Below are positions 53,647 through 63,986 of a DNA stretch of 64,000 nt, piece by piece. The number at the start of each line of letters is the position of its first letter. Position 1 is the first letter of the stretch. The DNA is from Candidatus Roizmanbacteria bacterium (GTDB lineage Bacteria > Patescibacteriota > Microgenomatia > UBA1406), in contig JANLHL010000038.1 of the NCBI GenBank assembly GCA_024654535.1, positions 41,581 to 105,580 of the forward strand. The letters run 5' to 3'. A model generated the notes under the pieces. The model searched no databases. It was given only the letters and a program-made list of their open reading frames with translations, and was not told the origin of the DNA. A program made the position numbers and the translations under genes.

Positions 53647-56583
53647 ATGAAACTCAACAAAAACCAAAAGCAGGCAGTGGATTATATACAAGGTCCCTGT
53701 TTGATTATAGCAGGTGCAGGTACTGGGAAAACGAGTGTACTTACCGAGAAGATTAAGAATATAATCCTGAATGGTCACGCACGTGCTCAAGAAGTCTTAG
53801 CACTCACTTTTACCGAAAAGGCGGCAAGCGAAATGGAAGAGCGCGTCGATAAGGCGTTGCCCTATGGTTATTACCAAACTTCCATTGGTACGTTTCACAG
53901 TTTTTCCGACACACTCCTTCGACAGTGGGGAGTAGATATAGGGATACCACCATCATTTCGCATACTGACTGAGGTAGATGCTGTTTCTTTTTTCAGACGT
54001 ACTATGCATAAGTTCAAACTTAACTATTTTCATAGTACCGGGAACCCACATGGATTTATTGCTTCAGTACTGACCCATTTTTCACGCCTCAGAGATGAGA
54101 ATATTTCAACAAAAGAGTATGCGCTCTATGCAAAAGAGTTAAAAAAAAAGGCTACAACAGACGAGTTAAAACAAGAAGCGCAGAAAATAAACGAGCTAGC
54201 ACTTATATATCAAACTTATGAAAAACTTAAACTATCTGAAAACGTGCTCGATTTTTCTGATCTTGTTTATTTTGCACTTAAGCTTATTAAGAAGAGGAAA
54301 AATATCCGTTCTCTGTTACAGAAGCAGTATCGCTACTGTTTAGTAGACGAGTTTCAAGATACTAATATTGTTCAATACGATCTTATTAGCATGTTATTTC
54401 CTCCTGCAAAAAAAACGAATCTTACTGTTATCGGTGACGACAATCAATCTATATACAAATTTCGTGGCGCGAGTGTTTCTAACATCCTCAACTTTAAACA
54501 TGATTATACATATGCCAAACTTTTTGTTTTAAATGATAATTACCGTTCAACACAAGAAATCTTAGATGCATCATATGCGCTCGTACAACACAATAATCCA
54601 GATACACTAGAGGCGCGGCTTGGTATCAGTAAAAAACTTATTGCAGATAAAGGAGTAGGTAAAAAAAAACCAACACTGATCCATGGTCTTACGAGCGAAG
54701 ATGAGGCTGAAGCTGTTGCGATGAAAATTATGTCTTGTGTGAAGAATGGGTATGCATATCAAGATATCGCCATATTGGTTCGTGCGAATGACCACGCAAA
54801 GGCTGTTATTCAAGCATTAGAAAGACAAAATATCCCGTTTCAATTTTTGGGCCCGAGCTTACTCTATTACAAAAATAAAGTACGAGATTGCATAGCTTAT
54901 TTACGGTTTGTTGCAAATCCACTTGATTCTTCTGCTTTATTTCGTGTGTTATCCATGCAGGTTTTAGCACTTTCACGGATCGACATGAATTACCTATTAC
55001 AATTTTCAAGGAGGATTGGAAGATCGTTGTTTGAATCGTTGGACGCGATTGTACAACTTTCATTTGGTGTACGTGCAGAAGAAGTTGAGAAACTACGAGA
55101 ATATAGCCCATTTCTTACTCAAAAAACAAAAGAGAAACTGAGGGATTATTTCTCTGTCCTTTCGCAGGGAGTTACTGAAGCAGGCGACAGAAGTGCTATT
55201 CGAGTACTTTATAATTTCTTTGAACGAAGTGGCTATTTACAATATCTTGCTCAGATACAATCGCAGAAGCAACAAAAAGAACTTGAAAACATAACGCAAT
55301 TTTTTAATAGGCTGAAGGCAATGGAGGGTAAGAATGGAGAGCCAACGGTGTCAGAAGTAATGTATGCGATCGATTTAGCACTTGAACTAGGGGATTCACC
55401 TCGAGTACAAGAAATGGATACTAAACGTGAAAATGCGGTAAATATTCTTACCGTGCATTCTGCAAAGGGTCTTGAGTTTCCAGTTGTTTTTTTAATGAGT
55501 CTTGTAAGCGATCGTTTTCCAACCAGACTACGTAGTGAAAAACTGCCCATACCCGAAGCGCTTATTAAAGAGTCGCTGCCGCAGGGAGATTTTCATATAC
55601 AGGAAGAACGACGATTGTTTTATGTAGGGATGACACGAGCGAAAGATGAGTTATATTTAAGTTTTGCAGATTACTATGCATCAGGCAAAAGAAAAAAGAA
55701 ATTATCACCATTCGTTGTAGAAGCGCTCGGGGAAAAAGAAGTTGCACTAGCATTATTAGCGAAGCCACATCAAAAAGATCAACTGACAATCTTTAGTATG
55801 TATGAGGACGTTGTTACCAAAGATATGCCTGTAGAGTATGGCATAGAACGGTACTCGTATTCACAAATTGGTGTTTTTGATACGTGTCCGCTGCAATATA
55901 AATATCGTTACTTACTAAAAGTTCCGGAACCGGATTCACCCGCTTTGTCCTTTGGATCAAGTATGCATAAAGCGCTGGAAAGTTTTTATCGTGATGTAAA
56001 AAAAGGTAATGCCCCAAAGTTAAAACAGCTGCAAACCTATTTTAAACAACATTTTATTCCTGTTGGTTATGTTTCCGAAGATGAAAGAAAAAAGGCGCTA
56101 CTGCATGGGTTGGATTTATTAAAGAATTACTATAAAACCTACCACCATACACATGGGGAGATCCAAGACATTGAACGGAAATTCACATTGAAATTATTTG
56201 AAGACGAAAAGGAATTTGTAGTCCAAGGGAAAATAGACAGAATTGATAAGCACGGAGAGATATATGAAATAATCGACTACAAAACAGGTTCGATGCCGAA
56301 GGAATACTTTTTGAAAAAATCTTTACAAATGGGTCTGTACGCACTCGCTGCTATGGATGGACATGTTCTTGCGATCAAGCAGGATAAATTATTACTGTCA
56401 TACGTATATTTGGATAGTAATGAAAAATTTACAATGAAGGCGTCTGAAAGAAATATGTCAGAAACAAAGTCGGCAATAGTAAGTGCACTAAAAACGATCG
56501 AACAAGGTTCATTTCCACCAAAGGTTGGTAGACATTGTGAATGGTGTGCGTTTAAAATTATTTGTCCTGCCTGGGGGAATTAG
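53647..56583 (+). CDS. UvrD/PcrA-type SF1 helicase fused to a C-terminal PD-(D/E)XK (AddB/Cas4-like, Cys-cluster) nuclease domain
   Basis: Motif I AGAGTGKT, LVDEFQDTN, TVHSAKGLEF, YVGMTRAK. C-terminus has CPLQYKYRY...GKIDRID...EIIDYKTG...CEWCAFKIIC. Confidence 0.85.
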   Translation: MKLNKNQKQAVDYIQGPCLIIAGAGTGKTSVLTEKIKNIILNGHARAQEVLALTFTEKAASEMEERVDKALPYGYYQTSIGTFHSFSDTLLRQWGVDIGIPPSFRILTEVDAVSFFRRTMHKFKLNYFHSTGNPHGFIASVLTHFSRLRDENISTKEYALYAKELKKKATTDELKQEAQKINELALIYQTYEKLKLSENVLDFSDLVYFALKLIKKRKNIRSLLQKQYRYCLVDEFQDTNIVQYDLISMLFPPAKKTNLTVIGDDNQSIYKFRGASVSNILNFKHDYTYAKLFVLNDNYRSTQEILDASYALVQHNNPDTLEARLGISKKLIADKGVGKKKPTLIHGLTSEDEAEAVAMKIMSCVKNGYAYQDIAILVRANDHAKAVIQALERQNIPFQFLGPSLLYYKNKVRDCIAYLRFVANPLDSSALFRVLSMQVLALSRIDMNYLLQFSRRIGRSLFESLDAIVQLSFGVRAEEVEKLREYSPFLTQKTKEKLRDYFSVLSQGVTEAGDRSAIRVLYNFFERSGYLQYLAQIQSQKQQKELENITQFFNRLKAMEGKNGEPTVSEVMYAIDLALELGDSPRVQEMDTKRENAVNILTVHSAKGLEFPVVFLMSLVSDRFPTRLRSEKLPIPEALIKESLPQGDFHIQEERRLFYVGMTRAKDELYLSFADYYASGKRKKKLSPFVVEALGEKEVALALLAKPHQKDQLTIFSMYEDVVTKDMPVEYGIERYSYSQIGVFDTCPLQYKYRYLLKVPEPDSPALSFGSSMHKALESFYRDVKKGNAPKLKQLQTYFKQHFIPVGYVSEDERKKALLHGLDLLKNYYKTYHHTHGEIQDIERKFTLKLFEDEKEFVVQGKIDRIDKHGEIYEIIDYKTGSMPKEYFLKKSLQMGLYALAAMDGHVLAIKQDKLLLSYVYLDSNEKFTMKASERNMSETKSAIVSALKTIEQGSFPPKVGRHCEWCAFKIICPAWGN

Positions 56584-56618
56584 TAGCAAAAAGTCTAAAA
56601 AAGAAAAATATAAGTACA

Positions 56619-57554
56619 ATGGATAAAAATCGAACAAAAAATACGCTCCTCATCGACGGTTCTGCAATAGTTCACAGAGCGTACCATGCATTACCACCTT
56701 TCACAAGTTCTGATGGCACACCGACGAATGCTTTGTACGGTTTTATAACAATGTTCTTGGGTATGGTCGATATGTTTCGCCCGTCATATCTGGCTGTTTG
56801 TTTAGATACTCCAAAACCAACATTTAGGAAAAAAATACTTTCCACATACCAGGCACAGCGCCCAAAAGCTCCAGAGAATTTAAGTCTTCAGTTTCCACTC
56901 GTTATTGAATTTTTGAAAGTATCACACATCCCTGGGATAGCAAAGGCAGGTTTTGAAGCGGATGATGTTATGGCTACACTCTCAGAACTTGTTCAGAAAA
57001 ATGTTCCTGATTCCCATATTTATATTGTGACTGGCGATAAAGATATACTTCAACTGGTCAATGATGGAGTAACGGTAGTCATGCCTAAATCTGGTATTCG
57101 CAATGTCGATCTCATGGATAGCACAGCAGTTTACAAAAAATTAGGGATACAGCCATCGCAAGTAGTCGATTATAAAACTCTAGCGGGGGACCCATCGGAC
57201 AACTATAGTGGAGTTACCGGTATTGGTCCAAAGAAGGCATCTACGTTACTATCGCGCTATGGGACAGTAGAAAATATATATAAACACCTCAATGAAATAG
57301 AAGTCAATATAGCGCAAGCGTTAAAAACGTATGAAAATAACGCATTAATCGCAAAGGAGCTTGCTCAGTTAAAAATGAATGTTGCAATAGATACGTCTAT
57401 ACAAGATTTAATATACACAGGGTTACACACAGAACAAATGCTTCCTTTTTTGCACAAGTATACGCTTAAATCGATAGAGAAGAGAATTATGGCAGAGAAG
57501 AGTGAGGTGAATACCAGTGGTAAAAAACAGAAAAATCAATTATCATTTTTCTAA
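56619..57554 (+). CDS. Stand-alone 5'-3' exonuclease / flap endonuclease (Pol I N-terminal domain homolog)
   Basis: LLIDGSAIVHRAYHALP...TNALYGF...FEADDVMATL...VTGDKDILQL...GVTGIGPKKA. Confidence 0.85.
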   Translation: MDKNRTKNTLLIDGSAIVHRAYHALPPFTSSDGTPTNALYGFITMFLGMVDMFRPSYLAVCLDTPKPTFRKKILSTYQAQRPKAPENLSLQFPLVIEFLKVSHIPGIAKAGFEADDVMATLSELVQKNVPDSHIYIVTGDKDILQLVNDGVTVVMPKSGIRNVDLMDSTAVYKKLGIQPSQVVDYKTLAGDPSDNYSGVTGIGPKKASTLLSRYGTVENIYKHLNEIEVNIAQALKTYENNALIAKELAQLKMNVAIDTSIQDLIYTGLHTEQMLPFLHKYTLKSIEKRIMAEKSEVNTSGKKQKNQLSFF

Positions 57555-58216
57555 TGAAGAAATCACATCCCGAAATGCAGATTGAGCGTCTTTTGACGGT
57601 GTGGGGGATTATAGTTATTTCTTGGAGTTTTTTCCGCGCGTATACTCAGATTCCACTCTGGGTAAGTGAATTTATTGCAAAACCTTTAATTTTTATAGGA
57701 CCTGTCTATTTTTATATAAAGAGATTTGAATCAAAAGGATCATTTGTTCGATCAATAGGTTTTCATGGGAAAAATATTTTTAAGGAATTTCTCCTTGCTC
57801 TAACGCTCATTTTTATACTTATTGTTGTTGGTTTTTTCAGTCTGTCCAAAAGCCCTTTGCTATCTTTAGCGAACGTACAAGTTCAGTGGGGTAAATTCTT
57901 ATTGGTAGCTGCTCTTGCAGTGGCAACGGCTTTATCCGAAGAGATCGTTGGAAGGGGTTTTTTATTCCAGTACTTATTTAAATATTCGAAAAGTTTTTTT
58001 ATATCATTTTTCCTCTCAATGCTTCTGTTCTTTATATTATATCTGCCGGGTGTACTTACATCAGGAGCAGGTGGTGGCATATTGCTTTTGAGTTTTGCGC
58101 TCAACATAATTATGACGACAATTTCCGTGGTTTTGTATAAGTTAAGGGGTAATCTATTACTGCCAATAGCTGTACATATGGCGATTCTTATTTGGTTTGA
58201 TTTGTTCTTGTTGTAA
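57554..58216 (+). CDS. CPBP family intramembrane glutamic endopeptidase
   Basis: ALSEEIVGRGFLF (EExxxR) and a distal His (AVHMAILIW) in a polytopic protein. TAATG junction with the preceding gene. Confidence 0.8.
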   Translation: MKKSHPEMQIERLLTVWGIIVISWSFFRAYTQIPLWVSEFIAKPLIFIGPVYFYIKRFESKGSFVRSIGFHGKNIFKEFLLALTLIFILIVVGFFSLSKSPLLSLANVQVQWGKFLLVAALAVATALSEEIVGRGFLFQYLFKYSKSFFISFFLSMLLFFILYLPGVLTSGAGGGILLLSFALNIIMTTISVVLYKLRGNLLLPIAVHMAILIWFDLFLL

Positions 58217-59828
58217 TAGGTTCATATAGTTCAAACATGTGTTCGGTGTCACACATAATGGATTGTAGATGCTTCAGTCCATCAGTTTTATCTCCGTTCT
58301 GAGACTCAGCTTGAGAAAGAACGTATAATGTGTGTGGAGTAATATGCCCTTTTATGTCTGTTGAAAATATGAATTTATCAAAATTGGTAATTTGTGTATA
58401 TCCATACACGTCAGGTTTTTCCATAGTATGCATACTTGATGTATATCGTTGAGGTGAGTAGTTAAGGTAGAACAGCATAAAAATATATGGCTGACCATTT
58501 TCTTTGGTAATATGAAACGAATCGTAGCTATTATATTTTTTCGCGATAACTTGCGTTAATTCTTTATAGCCACATTCCCAAGAGCGAATCACTATGTTTC
58601 TATGAGAATAGTGAAAAAAATAAAAATTCCAAACATAGGCTGTAAGTATAGTGTAGCCAAATAGAGAACAAATAATAAGTGGCTTAACGTATGGGATTTT
58701 TTGCTTATTTTCCCAAATGTACGATACGGCAAGAGAGACTAAAATTAGTACCGGAACTACGAAAAAATACGACCTGTTGAGTGCGTTCTCTTGCCACGTG
58801 AGTGCGGCTGAGAGTGGTGCAACGAGCATAAGAATAAGTATGAGAATATATGACCGTTTTTTTATGTTCATATATGCAATTACTATGCCAAGTATGAATA
58901 ACATATATTCCACAATACTTAATGGAGCCATCGATGGAAATCCGAATCTATTTCCATTCGTATCTCCAGTATAGGTGAGGAAGTTTAGTGAAAAATAATT
59001 TGTATACCGTCTCAGGAATTCATATCCTCCGACAAATAAAGAGTTGCTGAATGGTGAATGTGCCTGTTCGACCATGAATTGTTGTGAGATGAGCCTTACT
59101 CCATCACTCGTGAAGAGGAATAAGTTCTTTATGCGATTCGCTGGCATTGCGATTTCTGCACTCAAAAAAGGAATGAGGAGTAGAAGCATAGCGATAAACA
59201 TATATGTGGTATTTTTTTTCGATATATTCTTTGTTTTTATAAAGTATATCCACGTTCCTAAGTATACAACTGCAATTATTCGAGCTATATGATAGGTGTA
59301 AAGCGATATGAATAGAAATAGTATGAAGAACAAGCCGTCTAATAGCCGTCTTTTTTGTGAAAGCCGGATAAGGAATATAAGGGAAAGTACAAGGAACAGA
59401 GTCATTGGGACTGCCTCATGTGCATGCCGTGCTAATATATGAATCCAAGGAGAGAATGTAGTTAAGAATGCAGTTACGAGAGCGATTTTTTTATCAAATA
59501 AAATTTTTGCAAGAAAATACATTGCTGGAATGAGAAGAATAGCAGCTATGAGCGAAGGTAAACGTGTTGTCGTTTCATTCAAACCAAAAAGGGCAATAAA
59601 TGGAATTGTTAGATACGAATATCCCGGTAGTTTATAATCGCCAAATGATACTAGACGAAGCGGGAGTTTGTTACCATACTCGTCTGCTCCCGTCTTTAAA
59701 ATACTGTACGCGTTGTACCCATACGCTGCTTCATCTGCATTGAACCCTGGAGGAACTGAATGAAGTTTATATGTGTGCAAGAACAATGCACAGAACATAA
59801 GCATCAATAAAAAAAGAACACGTTTCAT
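58188..59828 (-). CDS. GT-C fold glycosyltransferase (family 39 / ArnT-PMT-like)
   Basis: SVPPGFNADEAAYGYNAYSILKTGADEYGNKLPL is the typical first-loop motif. Start at the ATG at 59828 (ATGA overlap with the upstream GT2). Confidence 0.75.
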   Translation of the reverse strand: MKRVLFLLMLMFCALFLHTYKLHSVPPGFNADEAAYGYNAYSILKTGADEYGNKLPLRLVSFGDYKLPGYSYLTIPFIALFGLNETTTRLPSLIAAILLIPAMYFLAKILFDKKIALVTAFLTTFSPWIHILARHAHEAVPMTLFLVLSLIFLIRLSQKRRLLDGLFFILFLFISLYTYHIARIIAVVYLGTWIYFIKTKNISKKNTTYMFIAMLLLLIPFLSAEIAMPANRIKNLFLFTSDGVRLISQQFMVEQAHSPFSNSLFVGGYEFLRRYTNYFSLNFLTYTGDTNGNRFGFPSMAPLSIVEYMLFILGIVIAYMNIKKRSYILILILMLVAPLSAALTWQENALNRSYFFVVPVLILVSLAVSYIWENKQKIPYVKPLIICSLFGYTILTAYVWNFYFFHYSHRNIVIRSWECGYKELTQVIAKKYNSYDSFHITKENGQPYIFMLFYLNYSPQRYTSSMHTMEKPDVYGYTQITNFDKFIFSTDIKGHITPHTLYVLSQAESQNGDKTDGLKHLQSIMCDTEHMFELYEPITTRTNQTK

Positions 59829-60718
59829 TGTACGAGTTGCGTAATTATATCGTCCGTAATATAGTCTCTTTTTTTTGATCGGAAAGACAACAAGTGAGGT
59901 AGCTTCCCGAGTGCTGCAATAAGTGATACGAAAAATAATACATTGTGAAAAAGCGCACGTATTGCGTAGAGAGGCAGAAGAAGCAAATGTTGTACTGTAA
60001 AGCGCGTTCCCATATTCTTCCATACAAATAATAGTTGATTTCTTTGAGCAACAAAACGAATATACCAGTCGGGGAAGTAACGTCGAATCGTTGTTTCATG
60101 ATGGTGTTTAACGAGTATTGAAGGCATAAATAAGATTGTGTAATTATTTTTCCACGCTCGATAACCGAGGTCTACATCTTCCCAATAAAACGGCGAATAC
60201 ATACGGTCATACCCACCAAGTATTGTAAAAATGTCTTTTTTAAGAAGGCAACTCCCACCCTCTGGCCATAACGTCGCACATTCTTTTGTGCATATTTTCC
60301 CTGAATGCACAAATAAACCTTCCGTAAATTTGCCGGTATTGGCCCCGACGATACTGCCATTTTTTTCTACTTGGGCAAAACCAACCGCAAATAAACGTTT
60401 CGACTTCTCAAGTTTATTTTTCGCCAGTATGTACGAAGTGTCAGAGAGTATGACGTCAGAATTGAGAAGCATAATATAGTTATGCTTAGCTAAGGTAATT
60501 GCACGATTAACCGACAAACCAAATCCCATATTCCGGTCATTTTTTATATATAGACAAGTAGGGCAGATCTTTTTCACGGCGATTTTTAGCTCAAAATCCT
60601 GTGGATCGTCATTTACTATGATAATTTCACACGATTTTAAATATTTTGCATTTGTACGTAGATTTTTCAAAAAATCTTCTTTATTTTTGTAGACAGGGAT
60701 AACAACTGAAATGTTCAT
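59825..60718 (-). CDS. Glycosyltransferase family 2
   Basis: ISVVIPVYKNKEDFL...IIVNDDPQD...LNSDV (DxD-type) and FYWEDVDL. Confidence 0.85.
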   Translation of the reverse strand: MNISVVIPVYKNKEDFLKNLRTNAKYLKSCEIIIVNDDPQDFELKIAVKKICPTCLYIKNDRNMGFGLSVNRAITLAKHNYIMLLNSDVILSDTSYILAKNKLEKSKRLFAVGFAQVEKNGSIVGANTGKFTEGLFVHSGKICTKECATLWPEGGSCLLKKDIFTILGGYDRMYSPFYWEDVDLGYRAWKNNYTILFMPSILVKHHHETTIRRYFPDWYIRFVAQRNQLLFVWKNMGTRFTVQHLLLLPLYAIRALFHNVLFFVSLIAALGKLPHLLSFRSKKRDYITDDIITQLVQ

Positions 60719-61782
60719 AAGAGCTGGGATATAGATTTTGTAAGCGCTAGTTGTGAAAACTTATCATTCGCACGATCAACAGCTTTTTGTGATAATTTTT
60801 CTCTTAGTAGAGAGTTGTCCATGCATCTGTGTGTATATTCTATCAGTTGTTTTCGAGATGAGTATAAGTATCCGGTTTTACCGTGTAAAATTGTTTCTTT
60901 TGGCCCTCCTCCTTTGTAAGCAAAAACAACAGCACCTGAAGCCATTGCCTCAACAATGGAAATACCAAAGTGTTCCATCTTTTGGGGATTTTTGATTTCT
61001 GATTCTCCGTATCCGGTAGCATGCCAGTAGAACTGAGCTTCAGAGTAGAGTTTTTGTAATTGTTGATAGGTGTAGTTTGTTTCAATACGTATGTTAGGAT
61101 GAGGTGAAGATATTTTTCTCAGATATCTCACATAATGTTCGTCTTGTGGTTGTGAAGTTCCGACGAGAAAAAGTACATATTGATTGAATTGAGGATATTT
61201 TTCACATGCAAAAATATATGCTTTAATGAGTGTTTCTTGTTTCTTTGCGTGGAGATGTTGAAAAAAACGTCCAACAGAGATAATATACTTTTTTTTTGTT
61301 GGTGAAGAGAAAAAGGTATCTGATATCGCCGGATATACAACAGGGCCGTTCATTGTGTGATCATTTTTTATAAAAAATCTTTTGACGAAGTGAGAGTTAA
61401 ATATAGGATTCCATCGTTTTTTTTTCAATCGCTGTAAAGTTGACTTTGGTTGCACAAGATTAAGATTGGGGACTTGAAGAAGTGCAAAATTTTTCTTTGC
61501 AAACGAGAGCGGATAACTCCCATCTGGCTGGTAAAAAACAACATCAAACGTACGAGAATTTAACAATCGCTTAAGAGGAGAATAAGCATTCCACTCTTTA
61601 TACACATTGATATAGCTGTATTTATTACCAAACCTACTCATTATTTTTTCCTTTAATGTAGTATCATTCCACGCAACATATGTATCATATTCGAGAGTGT
61701 GAAGGGCAAAGGAAATATCCAACATATATTTTTCACCTCCACCAAGTGTGTCTAAATAAGGATTTAAAAAGAGTGCTTTCAT
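60715..61782 (-). CDS. Glycosyltransferase family 4 (GT-B)
   Basis: C-terminal EHFGISIVEAMASGAVVFAYKGGGPKETILHGKTGYL. Confidence 0.85.
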   Translation of the reverse strand: MKALFLNPYLDTLGGGEKYMLDISFALHTLEYDTYVAWNDTTLKEKIMSRFGNKYSYINVYKEWNAYSPLKRLLNSRTFDVVFYQPDGSYPLSFAKKNFALLQVPNLNLVQPKSTLQRLKKKRWNPIFNSHFVKRFFIKNDHTMNGPVVYPAISDTFFSSPTKKKYIISVGRFFQHLHAKKQETLIKAYIFACEKYPQFNQYVLFLVGTSQPQDEHYVRYLRKISSPHPNIRIETNYTYQQLQKLYSEAQFYWHATGYGESEIKNPQKMEHFGISIVEAMASGAVVFAYKGGGPKETILHGKTGYLYSSRKQLIEYTHRCMDNSLLREKLSQKAVDRANDKFSQLALTKSISQLL

Positions 61783-61794
61783 GGGAATAGTATA

Positions 61795-62544
61795 CTATTG
61801 TCTTCTTTTCTCAAATAGAAATAACCATGTTATTGTCTTGCTATACCCTTGATAGAGCGATTCGATTATGCCGAGTGTTCCATCGAGAAAGCCCAATTTG
61901 CGAATAAGTCGTCGAAACAGTTCTCCTAGAAATTTTCTAAAAAAAGTTCTAATAGTAACGGTGCGTTTGGCAACATATAAGAGTTGCGATTCTATATCCT
62001 CATAAATAATAGTTTTTTTGACCATTGCATGGAGTGATGGATGGAATAAATGCGTGAGAGCGTTTTTACTTACACCAAGGTTGCCAGTAATTATGGGCAT
62101 TGAGTGTATGTGCGAGGGCCATGATTGAAATGCTATCTTTTTTATAAACCGCACTTGGTAATCAGGCCACCAACCTCCATGTTTAAGCCATTTTTTACCA
62201 ACAAAAAAATTCTTGCGTGGAATTTTGTAATGCGTATAAGTATCGTTTGTTGCCGTTTTTAATTCATGTGCAAGCTCTTTCGTCATACGTTCATCCGCGT
62301 CCAGTATGCATACCCAGTTACCATGTGCCATGCTGATACCAAATGCGCGTGCTGGCTCAACGTAGAGTGTCTGTGGTGTCGTATATACTGTAGCGCCACA
62401 TTTCCGTGCTTTGAGCACTGTTGTGTCGGTACTTTGCATGTCTATTAGGATAACATCGTTGGTCAAAAGCTTTGCCGACCTAATACACTCACATATATTA
62501 TCCTCTTCGTTATACGTGTGAATTATTGCGGTAATACTGTCCAT
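61795..62544 (-). CDS. Glycosyltransferase family 2
   Basis: ITAIIHTYNEEDNI...VILIDMQSTD...ILDADE. Confidence 0.8.
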   Translation of the reverse strand: MDSITAIIHTYNEEDNICECIRSAKLLTNDVILIDMQSTDTTVLKARKCGATVYTTPQTLYVEPARAFGISMAHGNWVCILDADERMTKELAHELKTATNDTYTHYKIPRKNFFVGKKWLKHGGWWPDYQVRFIKKIAFQSWPSHIHSMPIITGNLGVSKNALTHLFHPSLHAMVKKTIIYEDIESQLLYVAKRTVTIRTFFRKFLGELFRRLIRKLGFLDGTLGIIESLYQGYSKTITWLFLFEKRRQ

Positions 62545-62549
62545 AGTGA

Positions 62550-63986
62550 TTATAATATGATATCATGTCCGATCACAGGTTCCCTAAAGAGAATTTTTTG
62601 CACTCTTCCATCCTTATGTTTCAATTCTATATAACCTCCATCGATTGGATAGAGTACTGTCTTTTTTGCCTGTAATACTTTCAGTGCTTGTTTGTATATT
62701 TGTGGATCAACGCGTTTCGGATAGAATATACGCTGTTCTTGTGTTTGTACTGTAATCCCTGGATCAAGTTTTTCTACCATCACCCTGAGAGATTTTTTAT
62801 CTAATACAGAACCAATTTTTACCGTTTTTTCAGGAAGATTATTTGCTTTATAGAGATATTCTACGTCATGCTTTTTTAATCCAGTTAATGTTAAAAGTTG
62901 AGATTGTAGTAGTGGCTCGTTGCGTATTTTGTTTGGGGTTACATAAAGAATAGGAGTATTGTCTATTCTTGAACTTTCTGAAATGAGAGTATTCTGAATG
63001 AAAATGCGTGAGAAGGTGCTTAATAGTGGGACGTGACGAATACTTTTATACGATTTAAATTGTGGGAATAAGAAATTTTCATTCCACTGTATTTTCCACA
63101 CATTGTGTTCTCTTAAAAGAGTGAGGGGAATATTGTATGTTATTGAGCCCGTGGGGGTTATGTAGTGCACAGAAACACCAGTAGATACTTTATTTTCCCA
63201 CGGTAATACAAACGGTAGAGAGCCGATCGTAATATCTTTTGAAACAAGTTGTATGTTATATTCTAGAGTTTTTCCAACTCGCCAAAATTGTATTCTGCTT
63301 ACTGAAAGTCGTGTTTTTTCGTCGATTGAAGCATACATATCTTGGTAGGCGCTGCTTTTCCAAAGTTTCTGCACGTCAGCCACCATCATGCTTGGTTGAG
63401 GAAAAAGGAATAGAAAATATTGTGTCACAATAATTGCGCCTAGGAACACCTTAAGTGGTATAGAAAATCTAATGATCTTTTGGGAAACGAATATAAGAAG
63501 TAATGGCAATACTAGTAATAAATATCGAGGGAAAAATGGAACTGCCAAAAACGATAGTAACAGCAATGCCGTTATGTATAGTGCGTAGAGATATTCATGT
63601 GTAACTGTAGATTTATATATAAATATTTTCCATACCTTCTGTATAAATACTATCCCCATTATTGGCCACAGTATTGTCCAGTACTCAATAAATCGCCACG
63701 TATCGTTTGCATTCCATCCTTTAGTGACACCTAAAAATAGAGTAAAAAATACGAGTCCAGGAAATGCGTGCGCACCTGATGACATGTAGAATGCAAGTAC
63801 CCATTTTTCTGCGCGTAACCATTGCATAATACCCTCATTCATTAAATACGGTATAAATATGGCAGAGTAGGTGAGTATTGAGACTAGAACAATTGGAATC
63901 ATATGAAATATAACCCTTTTTTTATATAGATATATACTATCAGCAAGTAGTATGGCACCACCAAAGAAACCGATTTTTATACCCAT
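62550..63986 (-). CDS. Polytopic membrane domain fused to an NTF2-like (MecA_N-type) / PBP-dimerisation-like extracytoplasmic region; no transpeptidase domain
   Basis: About 6 TM segments, then LWKSSAYQDMYASI...VHYITPTGSITYNIPLTLLREHNVWKIQWNENFLFPQF. The frame remains open to nt 64000, so the true start may lie outside the window. Confidence 0.45.
   Translation of the reverse strand: MGIKIGFFGGAILLADSIYLYKKRVIFHMIPIVLVSILTYSAIFIPYLMNEGIMQWLRAEKWVLAFYMSSGAHAFPGLVFFTLFLGVTKGWNANDTWRFIEYWTILWPIMGIVFIQKVWKIFIYKSTVTHEYLYALYITALLLLSFLAVPFFPRYLLLVLPLLLIFVSQKIIRFSIPLKVFLGAIIVTQYFLFLFPQPSMMVADVQKLWKSSAYQDMYASIDEKTRLSVSRIQFWRVGKTLEYNIQLVSKDITIGSLPFVLPWENKVSTGVSVHYITPTGSITYNIPLTLLREHNVWKIQWNENFLFPQFKSYKSIRHVPLLSTFSRIFIQNTLISESSRIDNTPILYVTPNKIRNEPLLQSQLLTLTGLKKHDVEYLYKANNLPEKTVKIGSVLDKKSLRVMVEKLDPGITVQTQEQRIFYPKRVDPQIYKQALKVLQAKKTVLYPIDGGYIELKHKDGRVQKILFREPVIGHDIIL

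Noticed and set aside
58188-60023. 611-aa ORF suggesting a longer GT-C protein
   Set aside because: The first 65 codons overlap the upstream GT2 gene out of frame. The hydrophobic N-terminus MKRVLFLLML begins at 59828 with an ATGA stop/start junction.
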